Source: Dimorphilus gyrociliatus (lineage: Eukaryota > Animalia > Annelida). Taken from it: DNA of 64,000 nt. Location: the NCBI GenBank assembly GCA_904063045.1, contig CAJFCJ010000020.1:1294916-1358915 (forward strand). The letters are read 5' to 3'. The stretch's first letter is position 1, and the number at the start of each line of letters is the position of its first letter. Made by a program: the position numbers and the translations under genes. Shown in pieces: positions 12,001 through 25,100 of this stretch. Below the pieces are notes generated by a model. That model searched no databases, had not been told where the DNA came from, and saw nothing but the letters and a program-made list of their open reading frames with translations.

Positions 12001-14173
12001 AATCTCTTTTTTTTTATTACCTTTGCGTGGGCATCGGTAAACCCTATCCCACAGACTCTCGCCCACCGCTTACTATTGTGATCATATAAATCAACCAAAC
12101 CAGAGTTATCAGCTCCGTTTGGACTGTAGAGTTTTACTGTTAATATTGAATAAAAATATTCAATATAGCAATTTTGCTGAATAATTTAGTGTTTCTTTTA
12201 ATTTATAGATTACCGTTTCTGAAGCATTTTACAGCGGCGTCATATCTATGGTTGCGACACTGAACCGAATTAGAGACCTTCCAACCATTATTAGAACATT
12301 TTAAGATATCCATTTCACTTCCACGACACACAACATTTTCTAAGAGAAGATCTCCTTTACCAACGTTAGATAGGGCTGGGGCCATAACGCCATCGATAAA
12401 TTGGGGATTGTCACCCCCGATCGACCTACATAAAATTCTAGCATTTAAAGAACCCCAATGTAAACCACATATCGTCCCGAATTTCCCGTCAATTTCCATT
12501 TGTACAACGCCAGTGTTAGGATTTTTTTTGCTTATGTCAACAAGACTAATTTTAAAATTGTTTTTATAACATATAACGCTTGTATCTTGAAAGAATCTAG
12601 TACAATCATTACGCATTTCTGAAGGTGATTTCCATCCAGAACATTCGAAAATAGACGTCTCCTGGCCGGTACAACTGTTTTTAGGTTTTTTGTAGTTTTT
12701 AAGACTATGATGAAAGGTTACAATATAAAAAAAAATAATTACTTCAAGTTCACTCCCACATAGGGGTAGGCTTTTCCTCCTGTATTTCTAGCAGCAATTA
12801 CCTTACCATAGTTGTATCCTGCATGTTTACAAGCAACGGTTGCGTCGTTATCGGTTGTGTAAAGATTACATAATACAGCTTCAACACCAGAAGTTGTAAT
12901 TTTCACCATACCATTATCTTTAAAAGCCATGTTAATGTTATCATCTAAAAAATAGAAAAAATAACAACTGTTGAAAATGTGTATGAAAGATAAACTTTAA
13001 TTGTACTTTTCTCAATTATAGATTTAGAACAAACGAGAACTGAGACTGATCGGCAACTTTTCTGATTTGGTGTAAATTCACAATTCATAAAGGATTGCTC
13101 ATCCTTTTTGCAGGTAATCTTCGATACTGAATATGATAGGCGGTAATCATCGACAGGTATCCATATTTTGGAAGAAATTTTGGAATATTTATAATCCTCC
13201 GAAATTAATTTGCAGGCTAAATCAGCTACTTGAACATTTAATGCTGATGAGCACACTTCCAATGATAGCTTGCTTTTAAAGACAATTAAGCGACCATAAG
13301 TAAGTTCACTGCTAGAAACGATTTTATTCGAATTTCTTAAACGAACTATAAAATTCGAGGAAAAAAGCGATCATATAAAAGATATAGGTTGAATAGTATG
13401 AAACTAACCAGTTGTATTATGGCATTTAACGCTACTATCTTCCTCATGCTCACAATTGTGATGACTCCATTTTTCAGCATGGCACGTATATAAGGTTGGC
13501 TCATCTCCTGTACACTCAAGCTCATCAAGATAAATCCTTTGGTCATTGGAACCAGGAGATATTGTATTAATTTGTTCACCCCATTCAAAATTTAGCATCC
13601 GACAAATAACTGTGGCGTCTCTATCATCAAAATTATCATTGCATATTGTACCCCATTGACCTATTCCTTTTTGCCTTACTTCCACCCTGCCCTCGATTTT
13701 CATTTCTGTCCTCCCTTTCATAAGCCTAACCTCCAATTCTGTATATTTATTAATAGGCATATAAGAAATGCAAAGAAAAGATCTTTTTGAAGAGCTATTT
13801 ACAGCTAGATGTTCTAAATTTCGTTCCGAAAAACATTTATTGCACTTAGAAAAACAGTTTATATCTAGTCAATATGTCATAAGATATTATATTTCGTAAT
13901 TTTTTTATAAACTCGGATAATTTTTCAGTGAAAGAGCTTTTTCGATAAGTCACTTAATGCTTATATCATATCAATAGTTTTTAATTAGTAATTGAACAAA
14001 ACAATAATCTATTAATGCTAATTATAATTTTTACCCTTTGCTATTTTTGGAAGAAGGTGGGGAGTAGGTGTTGTCAATAATGGTGAAGCTGGACTCATCC
14101 ATACTGTTCCAGGAGCAAAAGCTTCAACAGTTATTAAGGAGTATAAAGCATAATACAGTATTATTCGGAGCAT
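3002..14173 (-). CDS. Giant scavenger-receptor cysteine-rich (SRCR) type I membrane receptor, DMBT1-like: signal peptide, about 26 SRCR domains, Ser/Thr-rich stalk, one TM helix, Tyr-containing tail
   Basis: Exon 1 at 14035-14173 (MLRIILYYALYSLITVEA) splices in phase 1 to 13738 (ELEVRL...EGRVEV...WGTICNDNFDD). About 20 ORF fragments with SRCR motifs join through short introns. The last exon encodes a T/S-rich stalk, TM IIGVSCAVGLVILILIAFFICY and stop at 3002. Confidence 0.92.
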
Positions 14174-14394
14174 TTCTTGTCTAACACTGCCTGGTACGCA
14201 AATATTTCGTTCACTCGCAGGCCTTTCGCTATTCTCCAATTTTAAAAAAGGCCTGTCAGCATGCCACTACGATTTTCTCGTCTCATATTTATTCAATATA
14301 AAGAACATATTTAGCATAATACTAGTATAAAACTATTAGGCAATAGCAATTTGTTCCATATAATCAAAATCTGTTTAATTTTTACAATTTACTA

Positions 14395-16456
14395 TTATTT
14401 ATTAAATTCACAAGAGCTTCCGTAAGATGCTTCGAAGAAGTGCTCCTGAGTTTCCGAGTATAAAACTGTCCTCTCACCACCAGGTGGTAAAGGAACAGGT
14501 ACAACTTGCAATAATTGTTGGAGGATAATTGTTATGTAATCTGTAATTAATGGAATTTAGGTCATTTGTTTAAGCGAGAAAAACAAAAACAAGTTTTATA
14601 TAGAATTCTATCTAACCAAGTGTTTTGTTTACTATCTCTTCGACTCTTATTCTTTCGACTATAAAATAAACTGGCAAGCCCAGGAGGAAAGCGGCACAGC
14701 ATACTCCTAATGTTATTGGACTTTTATAAACAGTTAACCCGATCAGTATCAATAAAACGATGAAAACAATAGCTGCAATGATAATATTCACCTGAAAGAA
14801 AAATTGACGTGCAATATTTTTAACAATATCATTATGATATCGATATAATAACTTTCAGTGGTCTGTGCAGTTTAGGTTTTCTCCACCGCAAGTAAAATAA
14901 GGCTATCATTGATAGAACAATTTTAAATTGAACGCTGAGAGACGCGTATTGTAGAAGTTTTTCCACATCCGGATACATTGCGAAGAACATAGTTAGAAAA
15001 AACTGTTAAGATAATAAAAAGTACACACAAAAAAAGAGAATTATTGTCAATTGTTAACGTTTTAAAATAAGATACAACTATAAAAAGTATAGCCGGAAGT
15101 GGAGTTCTATATTTGTAGTGTACATAACCAACAATTTGAGGCATTTGTTCATTTCTACCTGTTGCAAAAAAGAACCTTGCACTGCTCAATAACGTACCAT
15201 TCATTGAACCAAGACAAGAAAAGGCTACAAATAACGGCACAAGCCAAACTATATATGATGGCAATGTAGCATCAGTAAAATCTTCCGCAACTGCAACCGA
15301 CGTCATCATTTGAACGGGTGACAAAACGGTAAAGTACGAAAAGTTTATAAATACATAAACAAAAGTTACAACCAATAAACTGATAACTATAGCAAACGGA
15401 AGATCTCTGTAAGTACAAAATTATAGATATTATCTCATTGAGAATCGATTTTCGATTACCTTGTTGGGTTAACCATTTCCTCCGGTAAAGTACAAACTAA
15501 TTCCCACCCCTTAAAAGCGAAATACCCCTCCAATACAGCAAGAGCTATATCGCTAGGGTTTGTTTTAGTTCCACGAAACGCGTTTATAAAATTTTCAGTA
15601 TGACCTAAAAGAAATTTGGCAATTTAATGAAAGATCAATGTTATTTCACAATGAGAACCAGAGAATATTCTTGTGAGTCCTACTATACATATAACTATTA
15701 TCGCTAATAATTTTGCAGCCGTAAAGACATTCTGCAAGTTCGTACTCCATCTTAAGTTCCATGCATTTATAAATGCTATGAAAGCTGGAAATTGATAAAA
15801 AGAAAATTATAAAATATATAAGAAAAATTGATATTCTTTTTCGACCTAGCAAAACTATGGCAGCAGCTGTTACAATCCAAGGTTCACAATCCAGATCAAC
15901 TGTCTCTATCAGATACAAACCAGATGCCCTTGCAAGAACTGCCAACGACGCAGTGCAATTTACTAACATTTCTAACCATGCCGTTAAAAAGGCTGGAAGA
16001 GGACCTAGGATATCGTAAATATAGGCATAATCTCCTCCAGCTTTGGGAATGACGCAAGCCAATTCGGTGTAACATAGTGCCTGAACAAGACAAAATAGAC
16101 CTGTTCCCGCCCAAATACACAAGGATGCTCCTACCGAACCTGCATTTCTAACAACTCCTGTTGGAGCAATAAATATTCCAGAGCCAATAACCGTTCCGAT
16201 TATTATAATAATAGCTTGTCGAAGATTTCTGTTGTTCGTGGATAGAAAAGAAGATCAACACTTAGATATTTATAAAAGGTATTCAATAAATAGGCCTAAT
16301 GATTCATTTTATGATAAAAAGTAGACGAAATGAACATATAGAGAATTACATATGCCGTCGAAGACGAACTTCCCTCTCGATGGTAACCGTCAAGGTCCTC
16401 GTTCGCCTCCTTTTCCGTTTCTTCGGTAAAAGCGCTTGTCTCTCCTTTAAATCCAT
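14395..16456 (-). CDS. SLC7 L-type amino acid transporter (LAT/HAT light chain family)
   Basis: Exon 1 (MDLKERQALLP...EVRLRRHI) splices to NLRQAIIIIIGTVIGSGIF. LCYTELACVIPKAGGDYAYI, GSMNGTLLSSARFFFATGR and RTPLPA are LAT-family motifs, and a Cys in loop EL2 (DLDCEP) fits heavy-chain linkage. Stop TAA at 14395-14397. Confidence 0.92.
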
Positions 16457-17106
16457 AGAAATACAGAAGAAAAGACAAAAATCATGTGATTTTCCTATTG
16501 TTCATGTATTAGAAATAGATACTTTAACGAAAAATAGGCCTATATAAAATATATATGTTCGTCTTATATCGAATCATAAGTGTGTGGCAAAGTGAAAAGA
16601 AGAAAACATAGAATAAGACGAAGAAGAGAAAGAGAATAGAAAGAATATTATTATAACAACATATACTGTATATACTGTAGATATAAATATAAAAAATTCT
16701 ATGGAAATGTATCAATTTTGTCATTTCATTCTATGCAGAAAGAGAAAAAACGGTGAAAAAGTTAAAATTTTAATAAGAAAGGTTGATATTTAAAATTAAT
16801 ATGATTTAAATAGTTAAAAATGGAAGAGACTTTAAATATCGACAAAGCTTATAAAAGAACAGAAGAGAGAATATTATTAACTGAACAGAATATTTAAGGA
16901 GTTTTTCATAATTACAAATATCAAAAGCAATGTAAAGATCAATATGCACATACGTACATTTTTCATTTGTTATTATCGTTCAATAACCTGAACGGAATAT
17001 TTTTCATCGATACGATGAATAAATTATAATCTCGTCTTTACATAAGTTTGTCGACAAACTGTTCATATACTCAGTTTTTATTTTTTATATTCAATAATTT
17101 TTTTCT

Positions 17107-17126
17107 TCTCTCTCTCTCTCTCTCTC
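17107..17126. repeat. (TC)10 microsatellite
   Basis: Direct reading. Confidence 0.9.
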
Positions 17127-19104
17127 TTTACTGCAAGACGATTAAAACTAATTTTCCCTTTATTTTACAGTTTAATTTCTTGTTATATATTGTTTCTGTA
17201 ATTCTTTCGTAGGCGTTAAAAATAAATTATTATTTTTCTATTTCCTCTGTTGTTTAGATATTTTTAAACAATGCTTAAGGATATTCTTAATTTATTAGTT
17301 ATACATTTTTTACTAACGGCTGACAGTGACCCTTATTATTATTTTATAAAGATGTATCTCCTCTGAATTTTACATACTCTACATTTTTTAAAAGGTTTTT
17401 TATGTATATCTTGAATGGAAATTGATTTGTTTTTATAACGGAACATAATTTTGTTTTACTATTCTCTCAAAAAGAATAAAAACATTCCTTATTCTTTAAG
17501 AATAGACTTACAATTTTCATTCTAAAATGGAGCGTTTTTACGCGTTCAATAAAAAATTGGAACATTTTTCTTTTGTCTTCCTTTCTATTCGTTCTCCTTT
17601 CGTTTTTTTCTTTAGATTATCTATTTTCAGTAGAGAGATATTCTTCGTTTTTAATTTCTTATCTATTTAAATTTATGAAAATATCGCTCTTTTTTTTAAT
17701 ACAAAAGAGGATTTATTATAAATTCAGGTGAATATCTGAATATCTGTTCATTATTAATTTAAATTTTGCAATGGATCATGGGAGGTTTTTAAGTAATTAA
17801 TTTAAAAAAACTGACAAATAAGAATCAAAAATTATTGAAAACGTCATTGTTGCTCTGGTAAATGCATATAATTAACATATATTATGATTATTTATGACGC
17901 TTATATAAAAAGCGACCTGTTCAAATGAGCATATCATTTAGTAACATTCAATCAAAGGTAAGTTATATGTTTCTTTCTTTTTACTGTAAAATAACTAATT
18001 ATGTGTTTAAAGACGATTTTGTTGTATTTATATCTTTTTTTATTTGTTATTATATGTTTATAAACTTCAAATTTTCTGTAGTTAGTAATTGTTTATTATA
18101 TTTTCAACTTATCCGCTTAGTGAATGCTGAATACTCTTAGCCTTTCTTAAAATATATAAGACCCTAATCCGATTTGCTTAAGGCTAAACTATAAAAAGAA
18201 AGCCCAAAAAGCATTATATTTCTTTTCTGTTATACACATTAGGTTATAAGTCTATACACGGGTATAGACTTTACAGGACAATTAGATCTTATTAGCGTTC
18301 AATTTTAGAAAGTGGGAATTAACGCCCTCTGTAGGATTAAATTTGTTTGCTTTGAATTAATAATGATAACTTTTTTATAACAGATCACATATTAATAAAT
18401 GATTATTGAAGAGCTTTTCGTTATGGCAGTAATATTAATATTTACCTCCATTATATTTCATTCAAAGAAGACTAAAATTGTATTTCGATTTCTTGGAAAT
18501 CATTCAATTATACAATATTCAAGCTAACTGAAGAATATAATTGGCATAATACAACGAACATATCTTAAAAAATTTCAATACTTTTATTCTCAATCCTACT
18601 TTTTTCAGCATATTTTCAGATTATTTTTTTCAAATACTGAAAAATGTTCTGGCATTTAATGGATGGAGAAAATATATCTTCCTATTTTTTACGCATTCAC
18701 TAGCATGCATAAGCGTTCACTTGCACTCACTTCGTTCATTGAAAGAAGAAAATTTTTATATACTATTAAAAAGAAAAATGGGCAAAGTTTCAAAATTATA
18801 GAAATTGAAATTGTTTATTCACAGCTCAGGGCCATTAAAATCATCAGATAGAATCATCTTCATCTCTTTTTGGCCTTTTCGTATTATCATCCTACTTTGC
18901 CCGTAGGATCATGCCTCATCCTCATGCTAATCCTTTTTTTATTTCAGCTTCGGATGAACTGGTTTGTTTGTAGTTAGTTGTAGGTTATGTAAAATCATCA
19001 TCTATATAAATGCTATATAATAAAAAAAGTATTTAGCTTAGAAAAGAATTGAAAAAGACTACATGGACAATATAAAATCTAACTGGTGTTATTCTTATTC
19101 ACAG

Positions 19105-22100
19105 TTGTTAAAATTTCTGGACTTTCTTTGGAACTTACTCCTGGTATACCTGGTGTTCCTACAAAAATTACACCAAAGATGGAACAGGGCACCGAAGTCA
19201 CCATGTTTTATAGGTTTATTTTATTACATATGGGTATGAAAATTTTTAAAACTTTTATCTTACCATAGCTTTGGGGACAATTACTTGAAAGAAGAGACTG
19301 TAGCAGATCCATCAGCCTTATCAGAATTCACTCATACTTTTGCAAACGGAAGTGGAACGTATACAGTTTCAGTACGGGCCAGCAACAAATACTCTTTTGA
19401 AGTTGCAAGCTGTACAGTGGATATTGATTTTCCAGTTGGTGATGTTGAATTCGCAGCAACGAATGTTGAATTCGGAGAAACAACAACTTTTTCACAAAAC
19501 GTTACCAATGGAACAAGAGTAAGATTCTTCTGGATATATGGCGACGGTATGGGTGAAGAGAAAGTCTATGATGAATATAGTGATGTTACAACCACGATGT
19601 ATACGTATCCGAAGGCTGGAGTCTACAATGTTACTTTGCGAGTTGGAAATGTTCATGGTTACAAGCAACTATGCACAATTGCTGCTGTAAATTATAAAGT
19701 TTCTGGTCTAGATTTCAACGTATCCCATACAAAATTGGGAGATTTGACGGTGTTTAATCAAACATTAGTCAACGGCAGTCATATGCATTGTTTAAGGATT
19801 GTTGGAGACGGTACTGTTCAAGTAGCTTATGACGATTTTCCAGAAACATCATCATCTTGGAATCATACTTATACTGAAGTCGGCAGCTATACTGTAACCT
19901 TACGCTGCTACAACTATATTAGCCAGCAATCAGTTTCCAAATTGATCTTTATAGAAAATCCAGTCGAAAATATTGAAATGCAAGCTAATAATGTTTCAAG
20001 ACCGGAAGAAGACGTATTCTTCAAATTTACGCAAACGTCAGGAAATCAACCGACAAATTTGGTAATAACGCTTCTGTATGGAAACACGTTTTTGGAAATA
20101 ACGATGAATTCAACGCTAAATACAACAACACCTTATACACATACATATAGATATTGCGATTATGGCTATTATATGATGACAGCAAAATTATATAATCACA
20201 TCTCCAGAACGATGTTCACACAAGTCATTAAAGTTGGAGTTTCAATGAATACCTTAACAATTAAAGCTTTAAATGAATTTCTAGAAAATAACACTCTGGC
20301 AAGATTATCAATAAGTGTTGATCAAGGTTCCACTGTAAATTATACTGTTGACTGGGGCGATGGAATAGAAGAAGTCTATTCAAGAAATAATACAAATTGG
20401 ACTCTCTCAGATACCATTATAGTAACTCACATGTATTCAACAGTGGGATACTACCCAATAAAAGTTAACGCTTCAAATACTTTTGGTCACTTGTACCAGG
20501 AAACAAAATTCAATGTTCAATATCCACTAAAAAACTTGAACATAAGCGATTTCAGTCCAGAGGTTCACCAACAATCTTCAGGAACTATACGATTCATTAT
20601 TGCTGAAGACACTCTACCACTACCATCCAATGTAACTTGTAAATTTTCTTACGCGGAAGAGGTATTTCAGAGTGCCGTTTCACTTGATTTGAGCAGTGGA
20701 CCAAAAACCTTTACCTACACATATGGAGCAATTAGTCCTGGCAATCATATTTTAAATATTGTTTGCGAAAATTTAGTGAGCAATTTCACCCATTCGAGAT
20801 ATATTTGGGTTCAGGAGACAATCACGTCCTTGAGTTTGACTACAGCTTCGGACATTCTGGAAATTGGTAAAGATAGTCTTGATTTAAGAGTAGAAATGGC
20901 TACTGGCAGTCATGTAAACTATACAGTTACTTTTGGTGATACAGAGGAGAATAATACACATATAGTATCTCCAGCAAAACCTGAACATTTCTTTCATGAC
21001 TACACTATAGATGGAAATTTAACTGTAAATGTTACGGTTCAAAATATGATTTCTTCTGCATGGAAGACTATGATTATACACAGCCAATTTAAAATCAAAC
21101 CTTTTACTGTTTTTGTCAACACTCCTATCTCCTATCCAGGTGAACAACTAAACGTAACAGTTGTTGCCGATCAGCCCCTCCCTACAGATCCAACTTGCAA
21201 TTTCAAAGTTAAAAGTGGTGAAACAATACCGTTATTTAGTCCAGGGATTTCATCTGCTTCAACAACTGGAGGAGTCATGTCATTTTACTATACTTACGAT
21301 CAAGCAGATTGTGGAGTTCCACACGAAATTAAAGTAACATGTTCAAATAAAGTTACACAGGGTGTGTTCAAGACTAAAAATATCAATCTCGAAGAAAAAA
21401 TTGCTGGTTTAACATTTACGGCGGACAAATACCTAGCAGCTTATGGTGAAGATGTTACGTTTTCGATCGCTGTAACTGCTGGAACAAATGTCAAAAATAT
21501 AATAACTTATTATGGAAGTGAAAAGAGTTCAGTATTACTTCATAGTAGTGGTATCTTCTCAAAAGGCGCAGCTAGTACAAATGTAAAAGGATTTTTGTAA
21601 GTTTTCAAGAGATTTAATAACGCTAATTCAATTATTATATTTATATTCGTTTCTTTTCACAGACAAATTGGAAATTTTACTCCGAGTGTTAATTCCACTA
21701 ATCTGGTAACCGAAGTTATTACAGATTTGGATAAAAGCATCGTAATTCAGCATAAATTGAAATCTATTACTCTTAAAACGGAATCTGTTGTTGAAGTTAA
21801 CCCCACTGGAACGATGACTCTAACAATCCAATATCCTGATCTTGAAACATTCGAACCAACAAATCCATTTTGCTCCATAACAGTTGGTAGTGGTACAGAA
21901 AAAACCCACTGGGCACCTACCCTACAGAAAGCAACTGATTTTGTTACAACAGAAAATGTCGACGACAGCTCCGTGGGAGAACAAATTATTGAAGCTTCAT
22001 GCTTTAATTTGGTCAGTAGAGCAAACGCCAGTGCAACAGTGGTTATTCAGAGAAGACTACAGGGTATTAAAGTTGAAAATATGGCACAATTTGCAGGAGT

Positions 22101-25100
22101 AAACAAAGTGGTTCAGTTTAAAGTAACATTTCAAAAATGTTCCCATGCAATTCTTCATGTTGACTTCAATGACACCAAATCTGAGACATTTGTTCATGAT
22201 AATCCACTTGATTGTTCAGCTCCCTATCTAATCAATCATACGTATACTGATCAAGGAGACTATACAATTGTTGTTACAGCTTCCAACAATCTTACTCATG
22301 TTGAAGTTGGAAAACCAACAACTCATGTCACTGTTCAGTTTGCAATAGAAAAGTTTATAGTAACAAATAACTGCCCTATAGGATTTCCAACTGGGGATGC
22401 TCAATTTGTAGTTCAACTAAATAAATCTTTTCCGATGCCTAGTGGAGTATTCTTGGAATGGGATTTTGATGATTCAAATACGGAAGCTAAGTCTTATTCT
22501 AAAAATTTAAGTACTGGAGGAATAGTTCAAAAACATCATAAATTTAATTCACCTTTGGGTGTTGCAAATGTTACAATAAAGGCTACTAATTTGGTTTCTG
22601 AAGAAACTGTCGTTTCACCTTGTTCTGTCATGAGAGCTATAGGAAATTTACAATTCTCTACAAGCAAAAAGTATGTCAAAACTAAAGAGGAAGTTGTATT
22701 TGATGTATCTGTCAATGATGGAACAGATGCTTCTTATATTATTAAATTTGGTGATGGTAACGAGGCCAACAAAAAGATTTTGGGAACATCTTCTGGCGAA
22801 GTTGTAAATTTTAGTCACAAATATGATACGGCAGACAACTACACTATCAATGTTGAAGTCAAGAACGATGTCAGTAAAGTAAGCTCTGAAGATGCTGGAT
22901 GGACAAAAGATCCTGTTGTCGTTGTAGTACAAAGAGAAGTTATAAAAGAAGCGATAAAACTAACGTTTACAAAGAATGTAGCTTATCCAAAAGATAGAAA
23001 CGTTGTCTTTAAAATCGAGAAATTGAGCGGAAATTTAGATCCGAGTAATGCTTTCATTTTATTGAATTTCGGAGATGGGAGTGTTACAGAAGTGTACGTT
23101 GATAAATGGGATAACCCGATACCAATATCTCATCAATATGGTCCTGGTTCTATTGGCGAAGTTAACTTCGTTTTAAAAGTTGAAAATAAAGTATCAAATA
23201 TTACGATAAAAGATTCATTTCTTCTGCAAAGAGAAATTGAAAATCCAGTATTGAAAACCCCTGCTTCTGTTGGAGTAGATATAGAATTTACTGTTACAGC
23301 AACAGTCACCGAAGGATCCCACTTAATAGCTCAATTTGTATTAAAAGATAGTAACCAAGTAGAAGTTGAAAGAAAAACGGTATCCTATACAAATGTTAAT
23401 GATAAAGAAATATCTGCAAAATTTACTGTAAAAAAATCTGAAGTTTACTTAATGAGCTTGCTTGTATCTAACGATATTTCTAGCAAGGCAATTGCTACAC
23501 CAAATCAAATTTTTATTGAAAATCCAGTAAATCATCTGAAATTGAAAGAAGTAAAAGTTATTGAGACTCAGAAAACTTTTGTTCCGATTCTTATTGCTAC
23601 TCGTGAACCTTATCCCACTTCTGCGCAAATTGTTCTGAATTGGGGAGATGGCTCTCCTCTTCTAAAACAAAGTACACCATTAGAAACAGGTGAATTTATC
23701 CTGCCTGGTCATAAATACCTTAAACCTGGGCTATACAAAATATATGCTAACATCAGCAACAATATTGATTATGATGCTATATCTCTTAGCTTTGAAGCGC
23801 AAGAGGTTATAAGTGACGTCTCCTTCAAAATAGCTACACCTGCATTTGAGGACGTTTCAGGTACAACTACAGTTAAACCACTAGCTGTTGGTACATCAGC
23901 AATTTTTACCGCCTCTTACGCAACTGGCTCAAATATTACCTTCAAATGGATTTTCGGAGGAGGATATGCTATTACAACAACGAACACTGAAGTATCACAT
24001 AAATTTAGTGTACCTAGCGAGTATACCCTTGTTCTAGAAGCTTCAAATGATGTTGGAACTGTTAAAGCTCAATATCCAATAAAGGTAGTCAGTGATGTTG
24101 GAGTTGAAAGTGTGACATTCAACGGAACTGTGACAATTGATGTACCAGAAACTATCACAATAAATCTTGATAAAGAACCTGATGCTAGTATAAAACAATG
24201 CTTTGCTTTCCGTTTCAACACTACTTCATTGCTACCTGATAATGATATATATTTCTGGAGAGGAAATTCAAAATCTACTTGTAAAAAAGATCCAAAATTT
24301 AAAGAAAGCCAATTTAGTGAAATAATACTGGCTCAAACAATTACTGAACAATTCACTTACAAAATCAAGGGTACTTGGCAAATTACTCTCACAGCATTAA
24401 CTGAAACATCTTCTGGTGAAAAGTTTGAATTTTTGGTTGCAGTACAAAGCACACCTTGTAACAATCCTAATGTTACCATCAACCCAAATGTTGGTGGCTC
24501 AAGCGTAAAGAAAATGAGAAATTTCTACAAATCAGATCCTATCAGAGTTGTAAGCGATTTCTTTGATTTTAACGTTGATTGCAAAGCAACCGATGCTATT
24601 CGTATAACTTGGGAATTTTTTAAATTGAACAAAACAAATGTCAACGTCGGGGTAAAAGAGGATGTTTCGAAATATCCAGGTGCTATTCAAAATGCTGGAG
24701 GTATAGAGTTCAGGAAATCAACACTAGCCTATGGATCATATAAAATAGTTTACACTGTAATGATGTACAAGGAGGACGATCCAGAAGTATCTTTGTTTAG
24801 AAACAGCTCAGCTTTCTTTTTTGAGGTGAAGAGAACAGACCTTGTTGCCGAGATAATTGGCAAAACTTCTATATTGGTCAGTTACAACGAAAGTTTGGGC
24901 ATTGATGGTATTACAAACACCTTTGACCCTGATACGAAGCACCCCAGTGATAAATCAGGAATGAAATTTGAATGGTGGTTCAGTTTGCTTTCAGAACCGT
25001 TGAGTTGGAATATGACAAATATCATTCAAATCCCTAGCATTTCTGCAACGCCAACAGGTTGCCCTGATTATACTAAACCGGGTGTAACTGGTCCGTTCGG

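Noticed and set aside
17045-17060. Perfect 16-bp palindrome AGTTTGTCGACAAACT
   Set aside because: Single copy, within chance expectation, no matching known motif.
19086-19268. ORF-track start MLFLFTVVK as the polycystin signal peptide
   Set aside because: It begins at GTG within an intron-like pyrimidine tract ending in an AG acceptor at 19104; not a credible eukaryotic start.
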